A DNA stretch of 64,000 bases from assembly GCA_963844035.1 (NCBI GenBank), contig CAWJMT010000003.1, positions 96,001-160,000 on the forward strand, read 5' to 3'. Source of the DNA: an uncultured Gemmatimonadales bacterium (lineage in GTDB: Bacteria; Gemmatimonadota; Gemmatimonadetes; Gemmatimonadales; GWC2-71-9). Of this stretch, positions 38,517 to 49,164 are shown one piece after another. The notes below the pieces were generated by a model that was not told where the DNA came from, did no database searches, and saw only the letters and a program-made list of their open reading frames with translations. Each line of letters begins with the position of its first letter. Positions within the stretch are counted from its first letter, which is position 1. The position numbers and the translations under genes are program-made.

Positions 38517-39440
38517 GTGAGCCTCCTCGTAGTGGGGTCCATCGCCCTCGATTCGGTCGCGACGCCGTTCGGTGAGACGGCGGACGCGCCTGGCGGCTCC
38601 GCCGTGTTCTTCAGTGCCGCCGGCGCCATTCTGCATCCCGTGAGGATGGTCGGCGTGGTCGGGAGCGACTATCCATTGGGCGTCCTCAAGACGCTCGAGG
38701 CCCGCGGCGTGGATATGTCCGGCGTCGAACGGGTCGAGGGCGAGTCGTTCCGCTGGCGCGGCAAGTACTCCTACGATCTCTCCAGCCGCGAAACGCTCGA
38801 CACCCGGCTCGGCGTGTTCGCACAGTTCCGTCCCAAGCTGCCCGAGAAGTTGCGCGACTCCCGGTACCTGTTTCTCGGCAACATCGATCCCGAGCTGCAG
38901 CTCAGCGTGCTGGACCAGGTGGCGCACCCGGCGCTCGTCGCGTGCGACACGATGAACTACTGGATCCAGTCAAAGCGCGACCTGCTGCTCGAGCTGCTCC
39001 GCCACATCGACCTCCTGATGATCAACGACTCCGAGGCGCGGGAGCTGTCGGGCGACTGGAACATCTACCGCGCCGCCCAATGGGTGCTGGCCCACGGCCC
39101 CCGCATGGTGGTCATCAAGCAGGGGGAGCACGGCGCCCTGTTGGTGGACCGCACCACTACCTTCAAGGTCCCGGCGTATCCGCTCCAGGAGGTGTTCGAT
39201 CCCACCGGCGCGGGCGACGCGTTCGCCGGGGGATTCATGGCCTACCTGGCCTCGACCGACGACCTGTCGCCTCCCAACTTGCGTCGGGCGATGGTCTACG
39301 GCGCGGCGATGGGATCGTTTGCGGTAGAGGCGTTCGGGTTTGCGGGGTTCGACAACGTGTCGCGGAAGGACGTGCGGGCGCGCGTCCGCGGATTCAAGGA
39401 GCTGGTTCACTTCGACCTGGACGAGGAGCACCACGGGTGA
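38517..39440 (+). CDS. PfkB/ribokinase family kinase
   Basis: 'DPTGAGDAFAGG', 'DTMNYWI'. Confidence 0.92.
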   Translation: MSLLVVGSIALDSVATPFGETADAPGGSAVFFSAAGAILHPVRMVGVVGSDYPLGVLKTLEARGVDMSGVERVEGESFRWRGKYSYDLSSRETLDTRLGVFAQFRPKLPEKLRDSRYLFLGNIDPELQLSVLDQVAHPALVACDTMNYWIQSKRDLLLELLRHIDLLMINDSEARELSGDWNIYRAAQWVLAHGPRMVVIKQGEHGALLVDRTTTFKVPAYPLQEVFDPTGAGDAFAGGFMAYLASTDDLSPPNLRRAMVYGAAMGSFAVEAFGFAGFDNVSRKDVRARVRGFKELVHFDLDEEHHG

Positions 39441-40463
39441 CGGATCGGTACGGAGCGGCGGGGGTGCATCTCGACGTCGCGAGCGACGCCAAGCGCCGCA
39501 TTGGCGAGATGGCCCGCGGGACGCGCACCGCGCTCTCGCTCGGCGGCGTGGGGGCGTTCGGCGGCATGGTGCGGGTGCCACCCGGCTACCAGCGTCCGGT
39601 GCTGGTGATGTCCACCGACGGCGTGGGGACCAAAGTGATGGTCGCCCAGCGCGCCGGCGTTCACGACTCCGTGGGCGAGGACCTGGTCAACCACTGCGTG
39701 AATGACATTCTCGTGCATGGCGCCCGCCCGCTCGCATTCCTCGACTACCTCGCGGCGGGGAAGCTCGAGGCGGACGTGGCCACCGCGGTCGTCGCCGGCG
39801 TGGTGCGCGGCTGCCTGGCACATGAGATGACGCTGGTCGGCGGCGAGACCGCCGAGCTCCCCGACCTGTTTCAGCCGGCCCACTACGACCTGGCCGGCAC
39901 GATTCTCGGCGTGGTGGAAGAGGCAGCCGCGTTACACGGCGACCGCGTGCGGCCCGGCGATGGGTTGATCGGCTTCGAGTCCAACGGGTTGCACACCAAC
40001 GGGTACACGCTGGCGCGGCACATCGTCTTCGAGCGCCTCAACCTCGATGTCGCCGATCAGTTTCCCGAGACCGACCGGTCGGTGGCGCAGGTGCTGCTCG
40101 ACGTGCACCGCAGCTATGCCGCCGCGCTGACCTCCGTGCTGCCCCGGATCCACGCCCTGGCGCATATCACCGGCGGCGGCATCGCCGGCAACCTGGTGCG
40201 CGTGCTCCCGGACGGGATGTGAAGCCGTGGTGGATGCGGCGGCGTGGCCCTGGCCGATCGTGTTCCGGGTGCTGATGCGGGCGGGGAGCGTGTCGCTCGG
40301 CGAAATGCGGCGCGTGTTCAATCTGGGGATCGGAATGATCGCGGTAGCAGCGCGCGACGATGTCGAAGCGGTCGTGCGCGCCGCGGAGCGGGCGAAGGTA
40401 CCCGCGCGACTGATCGGCGAAGTGTATGCGGGCCCCACCCGCGTCCGCTTCGCCGAGCGATGA
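39437..40463 (+). CDS. purM: AIR synthetase; one frameshift near 40215
   Basis: 'STDGVGTK', 'GGETAE', 'SNGLHTNGY', 'HITGGG', then 'EMRRVFNLGIGM' in next frame. Confidence 0.93.
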
Positions 40464-40505
40464 TCCGGGGGGTCGCCCGTCACATCGCACATTGAATCGC
40501 ACGCC

Positions 40506-41579
40506 ATGCGGCGCGCATTGGACCTCGCGCTCTCGGCCTGGGGGCGCGTCGCGCCCAACCCGATGGTCGGGGCGGTGGTGCTGCGCGACGGTATCTCGGT
40601 GGGTGAAGGCTTTCACGCAGAGTATGGCCGCGCGCACGCGGAGGTCGTCGCGCTCGCGGCCGCCGGGACGGCGGCCCGGGGTGCGACGCTCGTGGTCTCG
40701 CTCGAACCCTGCGCCCATCACGGCATGACGCCTCCGTGCACCGACGCGATCCTCGGGGCCGGTATCGCGCGCGTGGTCGCCGCCGTGCGGGATCCCGATC
40801 GCGACGCGCGGGGCGGCGCGGAGGTCCTGGCTCGGGCCGGCGTCGACGTGAGCCTGGGATTGATGCATGCGGAGGCGGCGGCGCTCAACGCGCCGTTTCT
40901 GTTCTCGCGGGTGCGCGAGGAACGTCCGTTCGTCGCGCTGAAGCTGGCGACCTCGGTCGATGGGCGCATTGCCGATGCGGCCGGCCAGTCGCGCTGGGTG
41001 TCGGGGGAGGAGGCGCGCGAGTACGTCCACTGGCTGCGCGCCGGCTTCGACGCGATCGGCGTCGGCGGCACCACCGCCTTGATGGACAATCCCACCCTCA
41101 CCGCGCGCGGGTCGGTGACCCCAAGGCGCCCCCCGGTCCGTATCGTATTCGATCGGCGGGCGATGCTGAATCCCGGCGTCACCCTTGTGAGCACCGCGCG
41201 GGACGTTCCTACCTGGGTCGTCTCGTCACACGAAGCGCCCGTCTCAAGCGTGGCCGCGCTCGAGCAAAACGGCGTGCGGGTGTTCCGGCCCGACAGCCTC
41301 GCGGAGGGACTGCGCATGCTGCGCGAAGCGGGGATCCAATCATTGTTGTGTGAGGGCGGCGGAGCGCTTGGCATGCGGCTCCTCGCCGATGGGCTCGTGG
41401 ACCGGCTGTACTGGGTTCAGGCGCCGGTTTGGCTCGGAGAGGGCGCCATTCCGGCCTTTCCGGGGGTTCCCGATGCCCCGCTCACCGAAGCGAAGCGCTG
41501 GACGCCGGTGGAGCGCCGCGCCCTGGGGGTGGATACATTACTAGTCTTGGACAAGCAGCCATGTTTACCGGAATCGTGA
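40506..41579 (+). CDS. ribD: Bifunctional pyrimidine deaminase/reductase
   Basis: 'PNPMVGAV', HAE, 'LEPCAH..TPPC', 'KLATSVDG', 'EGG'. Confidence 0.96.
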   Translation: MRRALDLALSAWGRVAPNPMVGAVVLRDGISVGEGFHAEYGRAHAEVVALAAAGTAARGATLVVSLEPCAHHGMTPPCTDAILGAGIARVVAAVRDPDRDARGGAEVLARAGVDVSLGLMHAEAAALNAPFLFSRVREERPFVALKLATSVDGRIADAAGQSRWVSGEEAREYVHWLRAGFDAIGVGGTTALMDNPTLTARGSVTPRRPPVRIVFDRRAMLNPGVTLVSTARDVPTWVVSSHEAPVSSVAALEQNGVRVFRPDSLAEGLRMLREAGIQSLLCEGGGALGMRLLADGLVDRLYWVQAPVWLGEGAIPAFPGVPDAPLTEAKRWTPVERRALGVDTLLVLDKQPCLPES

Positions 41580-42154
41580 CCGCCATCGGGCGAGTTGGGG
41601 CCGTGTCACGTGATGGGGACCGCGGGCTCACCCTCACTATCCGCGCTGCCTACAAGGGGTTGAAGAAGGGTGAGAGTATCGCCGTCAACGGGGCCTGTCT
41701 CACGGTCGAGCGGGTGGTGCGGGGCGGGTTTACGGTTCACGTGATCGAGACCACGGAGGGCCGGACGCTGCTGGGCGAATATGCGTCCGGCCGGAAGGTC
41801 AATCTGGAGCGGGCCGTGCGTGCGGCCGACCGCCTTGGGGGTCATATCGTGCAGGGACACGTGGATGGCGTCGCGGTCGTGGCGCGCGCCGAGCCCCGGG
41901 CGGACGCGTGGGTGTGCGATCTGAATGTGCCGCCGCCGGTACGGGAGGTCTCGATTCCGCAGGGGTCCATTACCGTCGATGGCGTCAGCATGACGATCAA
42001 CGCGCTCCCCGCGCCCAACGTCGTGCAGATCTCGCTGATCCCGTTCACCCGGGCGCACACGACGCTCGGTGCGCTCAAGACGGGAGACCGCGTGCACGTC
42101 GAGGGAGACGTGTTGGCAAAGTACGTGAGGCAGCTATGTCGCTCACAAGCGTAG
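41561..42154 (+). CDS. ribE: Riboflavin synthase alpha chain
   Basis: MFTGIV, 'SIAVNGACLT', 'GGHIVQGHVDG'. Confidence 0.96.
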   Translation: MFTGIVTAIGRVGAVSRDGDRGLTLTIRAAYKGLKKGESIAVNGACLTVERVVRGGFTVHVIETTEGRTLLGEYASGRKVNLERAVRAADRLGGHIVQGHVDGVAVVARAEPRADAWVCDLNVPPPVREVSIPQGSITVDGVSMTINALPAPNVVQISLIPFTRAHTTLGALKTGDRVHVEGDVLAKYVRQLCRSQA

Positions 42155-43341
42155 AGCAGGCGATCGCGGATATCCGCGCCGGTAAGCTGGTCATCGTGGC
42201 GGATGACGAGGATCGCGAGAATGAGGGTGACCTGGTCGGCAGCGCCGAGCTCGTGACGGCTGGCATGATCAACTTCATGGCCACGCACGGGCGCGGACTC
42301 ATCTGCCTTACCCTGATCCCCGACCGGTGCCAGGCGTTGGGGCTTCCGCCGATGGCCGAACAGAACACGGAAGCCCACGAGACGGCCTTCACCGTCAGCA
42401 TCGATGCGGCGGCGCGTTTTGGGGTGACGACCGGAATCTCGGCGGCGGACCGCGCGGCGACCATCCGGGTGGCGATCGATCCCGCCGCCGTGCCGAGCGA
42501 CCTGCGGCGCCCCGGGCACGTGTTTCCGCTGCGCGCGCGGCCCGGTGGCGTGTTGCAGCGCGTCGGCCAGACCGAAGCCAGTGTGGATCTCGCGCGTCTT
42601 GCGGGGCTCTACCCGGCCGGCGTGATCTGCGAAATCCTGAGCGCCGACGGTACGATGGCCCGCCGGCCGGAGCTGGAGGGGTTTGCCGCGCGTCACGGGC
42701 TTTCCTTTATTACCGTCGCGCAGCTCGTCGGCTACCGCCTGGCGACCGAGCGCCTGGTCCACCGCGTGGCCCAGGCCAGGCTCCCGACGCCGTTCGGCGA
42801 ATTCAAGATCATCGGGTACCGCAACGACGTGGACTCGGCCGAGCATGTCGCGCTGGTGTACGGCGACGTGCAGGGGGAGTCGAACGTTCTCGTGCGGATG
42901 CATTCCAAGTGTCTCACCGGCGACGTATTCGGCTCGGGGCGCTGCGACTGCGGGTGGCAGCTGCACAGCGCGATGCGGATGATCGCGCAGGAAGGACGCG
43001 GTGCCGTGGTGTACCTGGACCAGGAGGGCCGCGGCATCGGCCTGGTGAACAAGTTGAAGGCGTACGAGCTGCAGGACGCGGGGCACGACACGGTGACCGC
43101 CAACGAGCAGCTGGGATTCAAGCCCGACCTCCGCAACTACGGGATCGGCGCCCAGATCCTTCTGGACCTGGGACTGTCTTCCATTCGCGTGCTGACCAAC
43201 AATCCCATGAAGCTGGTCGGGCTCGAGGGATACAAGCTGGAGATCGTGGGGCGCCTGCCGATTGTCCCCGCGGCCTCCGACGAAAACCGCTCGTACCTCG
43301 ACGCCAAGCGGGACAAGCTCGGGCACCTGCTGACCCACTGA
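42136..43341 (+). CDS. ribBA: DHBP synthase / GTP cyclohydrolase II
   Basis: 'DDEDRENEGD', 'RMHSKCLTGD.FGS.RCDCG', 'QEGRGIGL'. Confidence 0.96.
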   Translation: MSLTSVEQAIADIRAGKLVIVADDEDRENEGDLVGSAELVTAGMINFMATHGRGLICLTLIPDRCQALGLPPMAEQNTEAHETAFTVSIDAAARFGVTTGISAADRAATIRVAIDPAAVPSDLRRPGHVFPLRARPGGVLQRVGQTEASVDLARLAGLYPAGVICEILSADGTMARRPELEGFAARHGLSFITVAQLVGYRLATERLVHRVAQARLPTPFGEFKIIGYRNDVDSAEHVALVYGDVQGESNVLVRMHSKCLTGDVFGSGRCDCGWQLHSAMRMIAQEGRGAVVYLDQEGRGIGLVNKLKAYELQDAGHDTVTANEQLGFKPDLRNYGIGAQILLDLGLSSIRVLTNNPMKLVGLEGYKLEIVGRLPIVPAASDENRSYLDAKRDKLGHLLTH

Positions 43342-43343
43342 CC

Positions 43344-43829
43344 GTGGCCGACATCCAGGGGTCGCCCCGCGCGCCGCGCACAGGGCGCGTCGCCGTCGTC
43401 ATCAGCCGCTACAACGAGCTCGTCACGACGCGCCTGCTCGACGGCGCCCGCCAGTGTTTGCGCGAGCACGCCGTGCCGGACTCCCGCATCGACGTGATCT
43501 GGGTGCCGGGCGCGTTCGAGCTGCCGGTCGTCGCCGAGACGGCGGCGGTGAGCGGCCGCTATACCGCGATCGTGGCGCTGGGCTGCGTGATCCGCGGCGA
43601 GACGCCGCATTTCGATATCGTCGCCGGCGAGGCGTCCCGCGGGCTTGCCAACGTGGCGCTGGCGCACCGGCTGCCGGTGGGCTTCGGTCTGTTGACCACC
43701 GAGTCGCTGGAGCAGGCGCAGGCGCGTGCGGGGGGGGCGGCCGGGAACAAGGGGTACGAGGCGGCGGAAGCGGCGCTCGCCACCGCCTCGGTGCTGGCCG
43801 AGCTGACCCGTGCAACGCGCCGAGACTAA
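43344..43829 (+). CDS. ribH: Lumazine synthase
   Basis: 'VPGAFELP', 'GCVIRGETPHF', 'GNKG'. Confidence 0.96.
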   Translation: MADIQGSPRAPRTGRVAVVISRYNELVTTRLLDGARQCLREHAVPDSRIDVIWVPGAFELPVVAETAAVSGRYTAIVALGCVIRGETPHFDIVAGEASRGLANVALAHRLPVGFGLLTTESLEQAQARAGGAAGNKGYEAAEAALATASVLAELTRATRRD

Positions 43830-44223
43830 GGCGCGCGTCCGCGCCCTGCAGCTGCTGTACGCGTGGGACGTGACGGGACGGCCGTCGCTCAGGGTGGTGA
43901 TCGCGAGCGTCGCGGGTATCTACGGCAAACCGCCGGCGCCACCGGATCGTGGCGCCGAGCTGGCCGCGCTCGGGATCGCCGGGGTAGCGGACTTCGATCA
44001 GCTGGTCGCGAGTGCGGCGGAGCATTGGCGGCTCGAGCGGGTGGGGATCATCGAGCGCAACATCCTCCGCCTCGCACTGGCGGAGATCGCCGAGGGAACG
44101 ACGCCGTCGCGCGTGGTCATCGACGAAGCCGTCAAGCTCGCGCAGTGGTTCGCCGGGGCCAAGGCGCCGGGGTTTGTGAACGGGGTGCTCGATGCGGCGG
44201 CGCGGCAGCTGGACGCGTTGTGA
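43810..44223 (+). CDS. nusB: Transcription antitermination factor
   Basis: 'AR.RALQLLY', 'ERNILRLA', 'IDEAV.LA', 'FVNGVLD'. Confidence 0.93.
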   Translation: MQRAETKARVRALQLLYAWDVTGRPSLRVVIASVAGIYGKPPAPPDRGAELAALGIAGVADFDQLVASAAEHWRLERVGIIERNILRLALAEIAEGTTPSRVVIDEAVKLAQWFAGAKAPGFVNGVLDAAARQLDAL

Positions 44224-45335
44224 GGATTCTGCTGGTCAACTGGAATGATCGCGAGAATCCGTGGGCCGGCGGGGCGGAGACTCACCTCCACGAGATCTTC
44301 GGGCGGCTGGCTCGCCGCGGCCACGAAATCGATCTGGTCACGAGCGGTTGGCCGGGCGCCGCTGCCGCCGCCGAGCTCGACGGTATGCGCGTCCGCCGCT
44401 ACGGCGGACGGCACAGCTTCGCCTGGCGCGCGCGGCCCGCGGTGCGTGCCCACCTGGGAGCGCGCGGCTACGATGTGCTGGTCGAAGACATCAACAAGGT
44501 GCCTCTCTATCTCTGCCGCCTCACGCGGCTCCCGTTCTGCGCGGTCGTCCCCCACCTGTTCGGCACCACGGCGTTCGTCGAGACGAACTGGGCCGTGGCG
44601 GCCATCGTCTGGGCCGCGGAGCGACCCATTCCGCGCGTCTACCGGCGGGCCGCGTTCCATGCGATTTCCGAGAGCACGCGGGACGATCTGGTGCTCCGCG
44701 GCGTACCGCGGGAGCGCATCGCCGTGATCTACCCCGGCGTGGATGCCGCCTGGTATCATCCCGATCCGGGCACGCGCCGCGCGGAACGGCCTACGTTCTT
44801 GTATGTGGGGCGTTTGAAGCGTTATAAAGGACTGGAGATCGTGCTGCGGGCGTTCGCGGCGGCGCGCGTCGCTCGCGGCGACCTCATGCTCGAGATCGCG
44901 GGCAAGGGCGACGACCGGCCGCGCCTCGAGCGCCTCACCCGCACCCTCGGCGTGGGCGATGCGGTCAGGTTTGTCGGCTTCGTTGCCGACGAAGAAAAGC
45001 GCCGCCTGTTACGCCGGGCGTGGGCCGTGGTGTTGACGAGTTCGAAGGAAGGGTGGGGGATCTCGAACGTCGAAGCGGCCGCGTGCGGCACTCCGGCGCT
45101 CGTTTCCAACAACTCCGCCTTGCGAGAATCGGTGCGCGATGGGGAGACCGGATTCCTGGTGCCGCATGGCGATGTCCCGGCGCTGGCGCAGCGGATGCTC
45201 GAGCTGGCCGGCGATCCCACGCTCGTCGCGCGTCTGGGGAGTGGCGCGCGGACGTTCGCTGCGGGACTGTCGTGGGATCGGGCCGCCGACGCGACCGAGG
45301 CCCATCTCGCGGGCGTCATCGCCCAGGGAGGCTGA
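44220..45335 (+). CDS. GT4 family glycosyltransferase
   Basis: 'AGGAE.HLHE', 'VGRL..YKG', 'EGWGI..VEA'. Confidence 0.92.
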   Translation: MRILLVNWNDRENPWAGGAETHLHEIFGRLARRGHEIDLVTSGWPGAAAAAELDGMRVRRYGGRHSFAWRARPAVRAHLGARGYDVLVEDINKVPLYLCRLTRLPFCAVVPHLFGTTAFVETNWAVAAIVWAAERPIPRVYRRAAFHAISESTRDDLVLRGVPRERIAVIYPGVDAAWYHPDPGTRRAERPTFLYVGRLKRYKGLEIVLRAFAAARVARGDLMLEIAGKGDDRPRLERLTRTLGVGDAVRFVGFVADEEKRRLLRRAWAVVLTSSKEGWGISNVEAAACGTPALVSNNSALRESVRDGETGFLVPHGDVPALAQRMLELAGDPTLVARLGSGARTFAAGLSWDRAADATEAHLAGVIAQGG

Positions 45336-45337
45336 CT

Positions 45338-45646
45338 ATGCGCATCACGATCGTGGCGCGACATTGCGACGTCCCGGAGGACCTGCGCGCCAGCGCGCGC
45401 GCCCAGCTTGCGCGCCTGGGACGCCTGGCCACCCGTCCCCATCACCTCCATTTGACTTTCGGCGCTGAGCACGGCCGGTTCACCGTCGAGCTGCGGCTGC
45501 ACACGAACCGCCGTCAGGTCCACGTCGCCCTCGCGGACGCAGCCGATCATCGGTCGGCACTCGATCGGGCGGTCGCCAAGGTCCGGCGGCAGCTGGACAA
45601 GGCGCCGGTGCGGCGCGCGCGCGTCACTGTGCGGGGATCGCTGTGA
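45338..45646 (+). CDS. hpf: Ribosome hibernation factor HPF/RaiA (short form)
   Basis: 'I.ARH......LR', 'ALD.AV.K..RQL'; position before hprK. Confidence 0.8.
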   Translation: MRITIVARHCDVPEDLRASARAQLARLGRLATRPHHLHLTFGAEHGRFTVELRLHTNRRQVHVALADAADHRSALDRAVAKVRRQLDKAPVRRARVTVRGSL

Positions 45647-46611
45647 ACCCACCCAAGGTCCGTGACCTGCTCGATCGCAAGGGCGATCCTCTCCAGATCG
45701 AAGCGCTCACCGGCGACATCGGGCTCGATCGCGTGATGCCGACGGCCGAGGTGTCGAGTCCCGGCCTCGTGCTGGCGGGCTACACCAAGCGGTTTGCCTC
45801 CACGCGCATCCACGTGCTCGGGCAGACCGAGATCACCTATCTCGCATCCCTCGACGCCGCGGGGCGCCGCCAGTCCCTCGAGACGTTCTTCACGTTCGAC
45901 CTGCCGTGCGTCGTCGTGACCAAAGGGCAGGAGGCTCCTGCGGAGCTGCTCGAGCTGGCGCGGGCCAAGGGCGTGGCGGTGATCCGCACCAAGCTCAAGA
46001 CGTCGGAATTCTTCCGGCGGCTGAAGCCGTTCCTGGACGAAGCCTTCGCACCGACCACCACGCTGCACGGGTCGCTGGCCGACGTGTTCGGCGCCGGCCT
46101 GTTGTTCATCGGGCGCTCGGGGATCGGCAAGAGCGAATGCGTGCTGGACCTGGTGGAGCGGGGACACCGGCTGGTGGCCGACGACGTGGTCCAGATCAGC
46201 CGCCGCGGGAACGACGTGCTCATCGGACGGGGCCACGAGCTGTCGCGCCACTACATGGAAATCCGGGGCGTGGGGCTGATCGACATTCAGGCGCTCTTCG
46301 GCGTGCGGGCCGTGCGGCAGCAGAAACGCATCGAGGTGGTGGTGCAGCTCGAGGACTGGGATGCGTCGCGCGAATACGACCGCACCGGCCTGGACCGCAA
46401 GACGACCACCATTCTCGACGTCGCGCTCCCCTTGGTGTCGGTGCCGCTCAACCCGGGCAAGAATCTGACGGTGATCTGCGAAGTCGTCGCCATGAACCAT
46501 CTGCTGCGCTATGGCGGCGTGGATTCGGCGAAGCGGTTCAACGAACGGCTGCTGCAGCGCATGGCCGAGCGCCGCGAGCAGCAGGCGTACCTGGAAGAGG
46601 ACTATGAGTAG
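45643..46611 (+). CDS. hprK: HPr(Ser) kinase/phosphorylase
   Basis: Walker A GRSGIGKSE, 'RGHRLVADD', 'MEIRGVG'. Confidence 0.96.
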   Translation: MNPPKVRDLLDRKGDPLQIEALTGDIGLDRVMPTAEVSSPGLVLAGYTKRFASTRIHVLGQTEITYLASLDAAGRRQSLETFFTFDLPCVVVTKGQEAPAELLELARAKGVAVIRTKLKTSEFFRRLKPFLDEAFAPTTTLHGSLADVFGAGLLFIGRSGIGKSECVLDLVERGHRLVADDVVQISRRGNDVLIGRGHELSRHYMEIRGVGLIDIQALFGVRAVRQQKRIEVVVQLEDWDASREYDRTGLDRKTTTILDVALPLVSVPLNPGKNLTVICEVVAMNHLLRYGGVDSAKRFNERLLQRMAERREQQAYLEEDYE

Positions 46612-46984
46612 CCCGCTGCGGGGTGTCATCGTGTCGCACGCGGAGGTCGCCCAGGCGCTCATCACCGCCGTCGCCAACATCACGGGGGTCACCGACGCGC
46701 TGGTGCCCGTGAGCAACGACGGCTGCGATCGCGAAGCGTTGTTCGCGTCGCTCGCCGCGGCAGTCGGCGATGCACCGGCGGTGCTGTTTGTCGATCTGCC
46801 GGGCGGGTCGTGTCTGACCGGCGCCGCGTCGTACGTCCGAGGCCGTCATGATCTCTCGGTGGTGACTGGCGTGAACCTCGCCATGCTGCTGGACTTCGTG
46901 TTTCATCGCGATCTTTCCCCGGGCGCCGCAGCCGAGCGCGCCGCGGCGGCGGGGACCAAAGCCATCCGCGTCCCCGCTTCATGA
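46604..46984 (+). CDS. PTS mannose-family EIIA
   Basis: 'VIVSH', 'VDLPGGS', 'GVNLAML'. Confidence 0.9.
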   Translation: MSSPLRGVIVSHAEVAQALITAVANITGVTDALVPVSNDGCDREALFASLAAAVGDAPAVLFVDLPGGSCLTGAASYVRGRHDLSVVTGVNLAMLLDFVFHRDLSPGAAAERAAAAGTKAIRVPAS

Positions 46985-47454
46985 GTATTGCGCTGTTCCG
47001 GATCGACGATCGCCTGATTCATGGGCAGGTCGTCGTGGGATGGGGGCAGCGGCTCAACATGGGCTTCATCGTGCTGGTGGACGACGCGGTGCGCGCGAGT
47101 CCGTGGGAACAGGAGCTATACCGGATGGGTGTACCGCCCGACATCGAGATGATCGTCGCATCGACCGCCGAGGCGGCGGCCCGGCTGCCCGAGTGGAACG
47201 CGGACCCGCGCGTGGGAATCGTGGTCGCGGGCGACGTCGGCACGCTGGCGGCACTGACCGAGAACGGCGGGCAAGTGACGCGGATCAACGTGGGCGGAAT
47301 TCATCAGCGCCCGGGTCGCACCGAGCGCCTGCGGTTCGTATTCCTGACCGATGCTGAGGCGGAGCAGTTGAAAGCTCTGGCGGCCCGCGGGATCGTGGTC
47401 ACGGCCCAGGACGTCCCCACGGCGCGGGCGGTTCCGCTGGCGGAGTTCACATGA
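46981..47454 (+). CDS. PTS mannose-family EIIB
   Basis: 'RIDDRLIHGQV..GW', 'INVGG'. Confidence 0.93.
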   Translation: MSIALFRIDDRLIHGQVVVGWGQRLNMGFIVLVDDAVRASPWEQELYRMGVPPDIEMIVASTAEAAARLPEWNADPRVGIVVAGDVGTLAALTENGGQVTRINVGGIHQRPGRTERLRFVFLTDAEAEQLKALAARGIVVTAQDVPTARAVPLAEFT

Positions 47455-48128
47455 CCCTCGAGCAGGTCGTCCTGTTGCTGGTCTGGGGCACGCTCGTCGG
47501 GCTCGACCTCGTCAGCATGCCGCAGGCGATGATCGCCCGGCCGCTCGTCGCCGGGGCGCTGGCGGGCGCCATGCTCGGCGATCTCGGCATCGGGCTGCAG
47601 CTGGGCGTGATCTTCGAGCTATTTCAATACGACATCATTCCCATGGGTGCGGTCCGCTATCCCGAATACGGCCCCGCGACGGTCGCGGCCGTCGGGGTGG
47701 CGCACAGCGCGCCCGGCGCGCTCGGCATCGGGCTCGGCGCCGTCGTGGGGTTGGCGACCGGATTGTTGGGCGGTATCAGCATTCACCTGATGCGCCGCAT
47801 GAACGCCCGGGCGGTCCGGCATAACACGGGCGCACTCGAGCGGGGCGACATCAGCGTGATCGTACGCCTGCACGTGACCAGCATGTTGCGCGACGCGGCG
47901 CGGGCGGCGCTGGTCACGGCCGCCGGGCTCGCGTTCGGTGTCGGCGTGCACGCGCTGCTGGGTGGGGGGCTCGCCGTGCGAGGCGCCATGCTGGTCGCGG
48001 TCGTGATCACCGGCGCGGCCATCGCGGCGGGGGTGGTGGGCACGCTGCGCCTCGTTGGGCGCGGGCCTGACCTGCGCTGGTTTGCGGCGGGGTTGCTCGG
48101 CGGCGCCGCCGGTGTGTGGCTCCGGTGA
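47451..48128 (+). CDS. PTS mannose-family EIIC
   Basis: 'RPLV.G.L.G..LGD...GL..G..FEL'; multi-TM. Confidence 0.85.
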   Translation: MTLEQVVLLLVWGTLVGLDLVSMPQAMIARPLVAGALAGAMLGDLGIGLQLGVIFELFQYDIIPMGAVRYPEYGPATVAAVGVAHSAPGALGIGLGAVVGLATGLLGGISIHLMRRMNARAVRHNTGALERGDISVIVRLHVTSMLRDAARAALVTAAGLAFGVGVHALLGGGLAVRGAMLVAVVITGAAIAAGVVGTLRLVGRGPDLRWFAAGLLGGAAGVWLR

Positions 48129-48853
48129 CGCCGCCCCTCGGTCGCTGCCTGCTCCGCCTGTTCACGGTGCAGGGGTCCTGGAACTACGAGCGGATGCTGG
48201 GCATCGGGTTCGGCGTTGCCGAGGAGCCCCTCGTGCGCGGCCTGCCGCGGGACGAATATCGCGCGGCCATCGTGCGCAGTGCCCACTTCTTCAACGCCCA
48301 TCCATACCTGTGCGGCATGGCGGTCGGAGCCGCCGCGCGCGCCGAGCACGATGGAGTGCCGGCGGAGCAGGTGGAGCGCCTCCGGACGGCCCTATGCGGG
48401 CCATTGGGCTCGCTCGGGGATCGCCTGGTGTGGGCTGGATGGCTCCCCTTCAATTCGGGGCTCGCCCTCGTCGGCATCGCCCTCGGATGGGGCTGGTGGG
48501 CGATCGCGGGGTTTCTCGCCATCTACAATGTGGGTCATGTCGGTCTGCGCTGGTGGGCCTTGCGGGCCGGTTGGGCCCACGGGATCCGGGTTGTGGACGC
48601 CCTGCGACACCCGCTGCTGCGGCGAGCCGGCGCGCTCCTGGGGCCGGCCATGGCCGTGGCCATGGGAGCTGCGCTCCCCATGGCCGTGGCATACCTGGCG
48701 GGTCCTTCCCCTGGTTGGGGGCGCGTCGTGCTTGGGGGGGCGGCTGCGGCCGGGGTCCTGTTATTGCGGTGGCGTCGGCTGGGATTGACGGGTCTGCGCC
48801 TCGGACTCGGCTTTGCCGCCGTCGGCATCGTGGTGGGGTGCGTATGGCGGTGA
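48116..48853 (+). CDS. PTS mannose-family EIID
   Basis: 'QGSWNYERM', 'FFNAHPY', 'GPLGSLGD.L.W'. Confidence 0.88.
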   Translation: MAPVTPPLGRCLLRLFTVQGSWNYERMLGIGFGVAEEPLVRGLPRDEYRAAIVRSAHFFNAHPYLCGMAVGAAARAEHDGVPAEQVERLRTALCGPLGSLGDRLVWAGWLPFNSGLALVGIALGWGWWAIAGFLAIYNVGHVGLRWWALRAGWAHGIRVVDALRHPLLRRAGALLGPAMAVAMGAALPMAVAYLAGPSPGWGRVVLGGAAAAGVLLLRWRRLGLTGLRLGLGFAAVGIVVGCVWR

Positions 48854-49164
48854 TCGACCGGGAGGCCCTGATCGTCAATCCGCTGGGGATGCACGCACGC
48901 CCGGCCGCGGAGCTCGTGAAGGTGGCGAACCGCTTCAAGGCCACCATCACGGTCCGGCGGGGCGATTTGGCGGTGAACGGGAAGAGCATCATGGGCGTCA
49001 TGATGCTCGCGGCGGAATGCGGTTCCTCGATCCATATCAAGGCGGACGGGGAAGACGCGGCGGAGGCGATGGACGCCCTGCTGGCCCTGGTGGCGGCGGG
49101 ATTCCACGAGATGGACCTGACCCCGGAAGACACCGGTGACGCAGCGGAGGAGGAGACCGCGTGA
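48844..49164 (+). CDS. ptsH: Phosphocarrier HPr
   Basis: 'GMHARPAA' (His15), 'KSIMGVMML' (Ser46). Confidence 0.95.
   Translation: MAVIDREALIVNPLGMHARPAAELVKVANRFKATITVRRGDLAVNGKSIMGVMMLAAECGSSIHIKADGEDAAEAMDALLALVAAGFHEMDLTPEDTGDAAEEETA

Noticed and set aside
40220..40222. Selenocysteine TGA readthrough in purM
   Set aside because: Homology continues in a different frame, so it is an indel rather than an in-frame TGA
40464..40505. FMN riboswitch before ribD
   Set aside because: Only 42 bp of spacer and no RFN consensus
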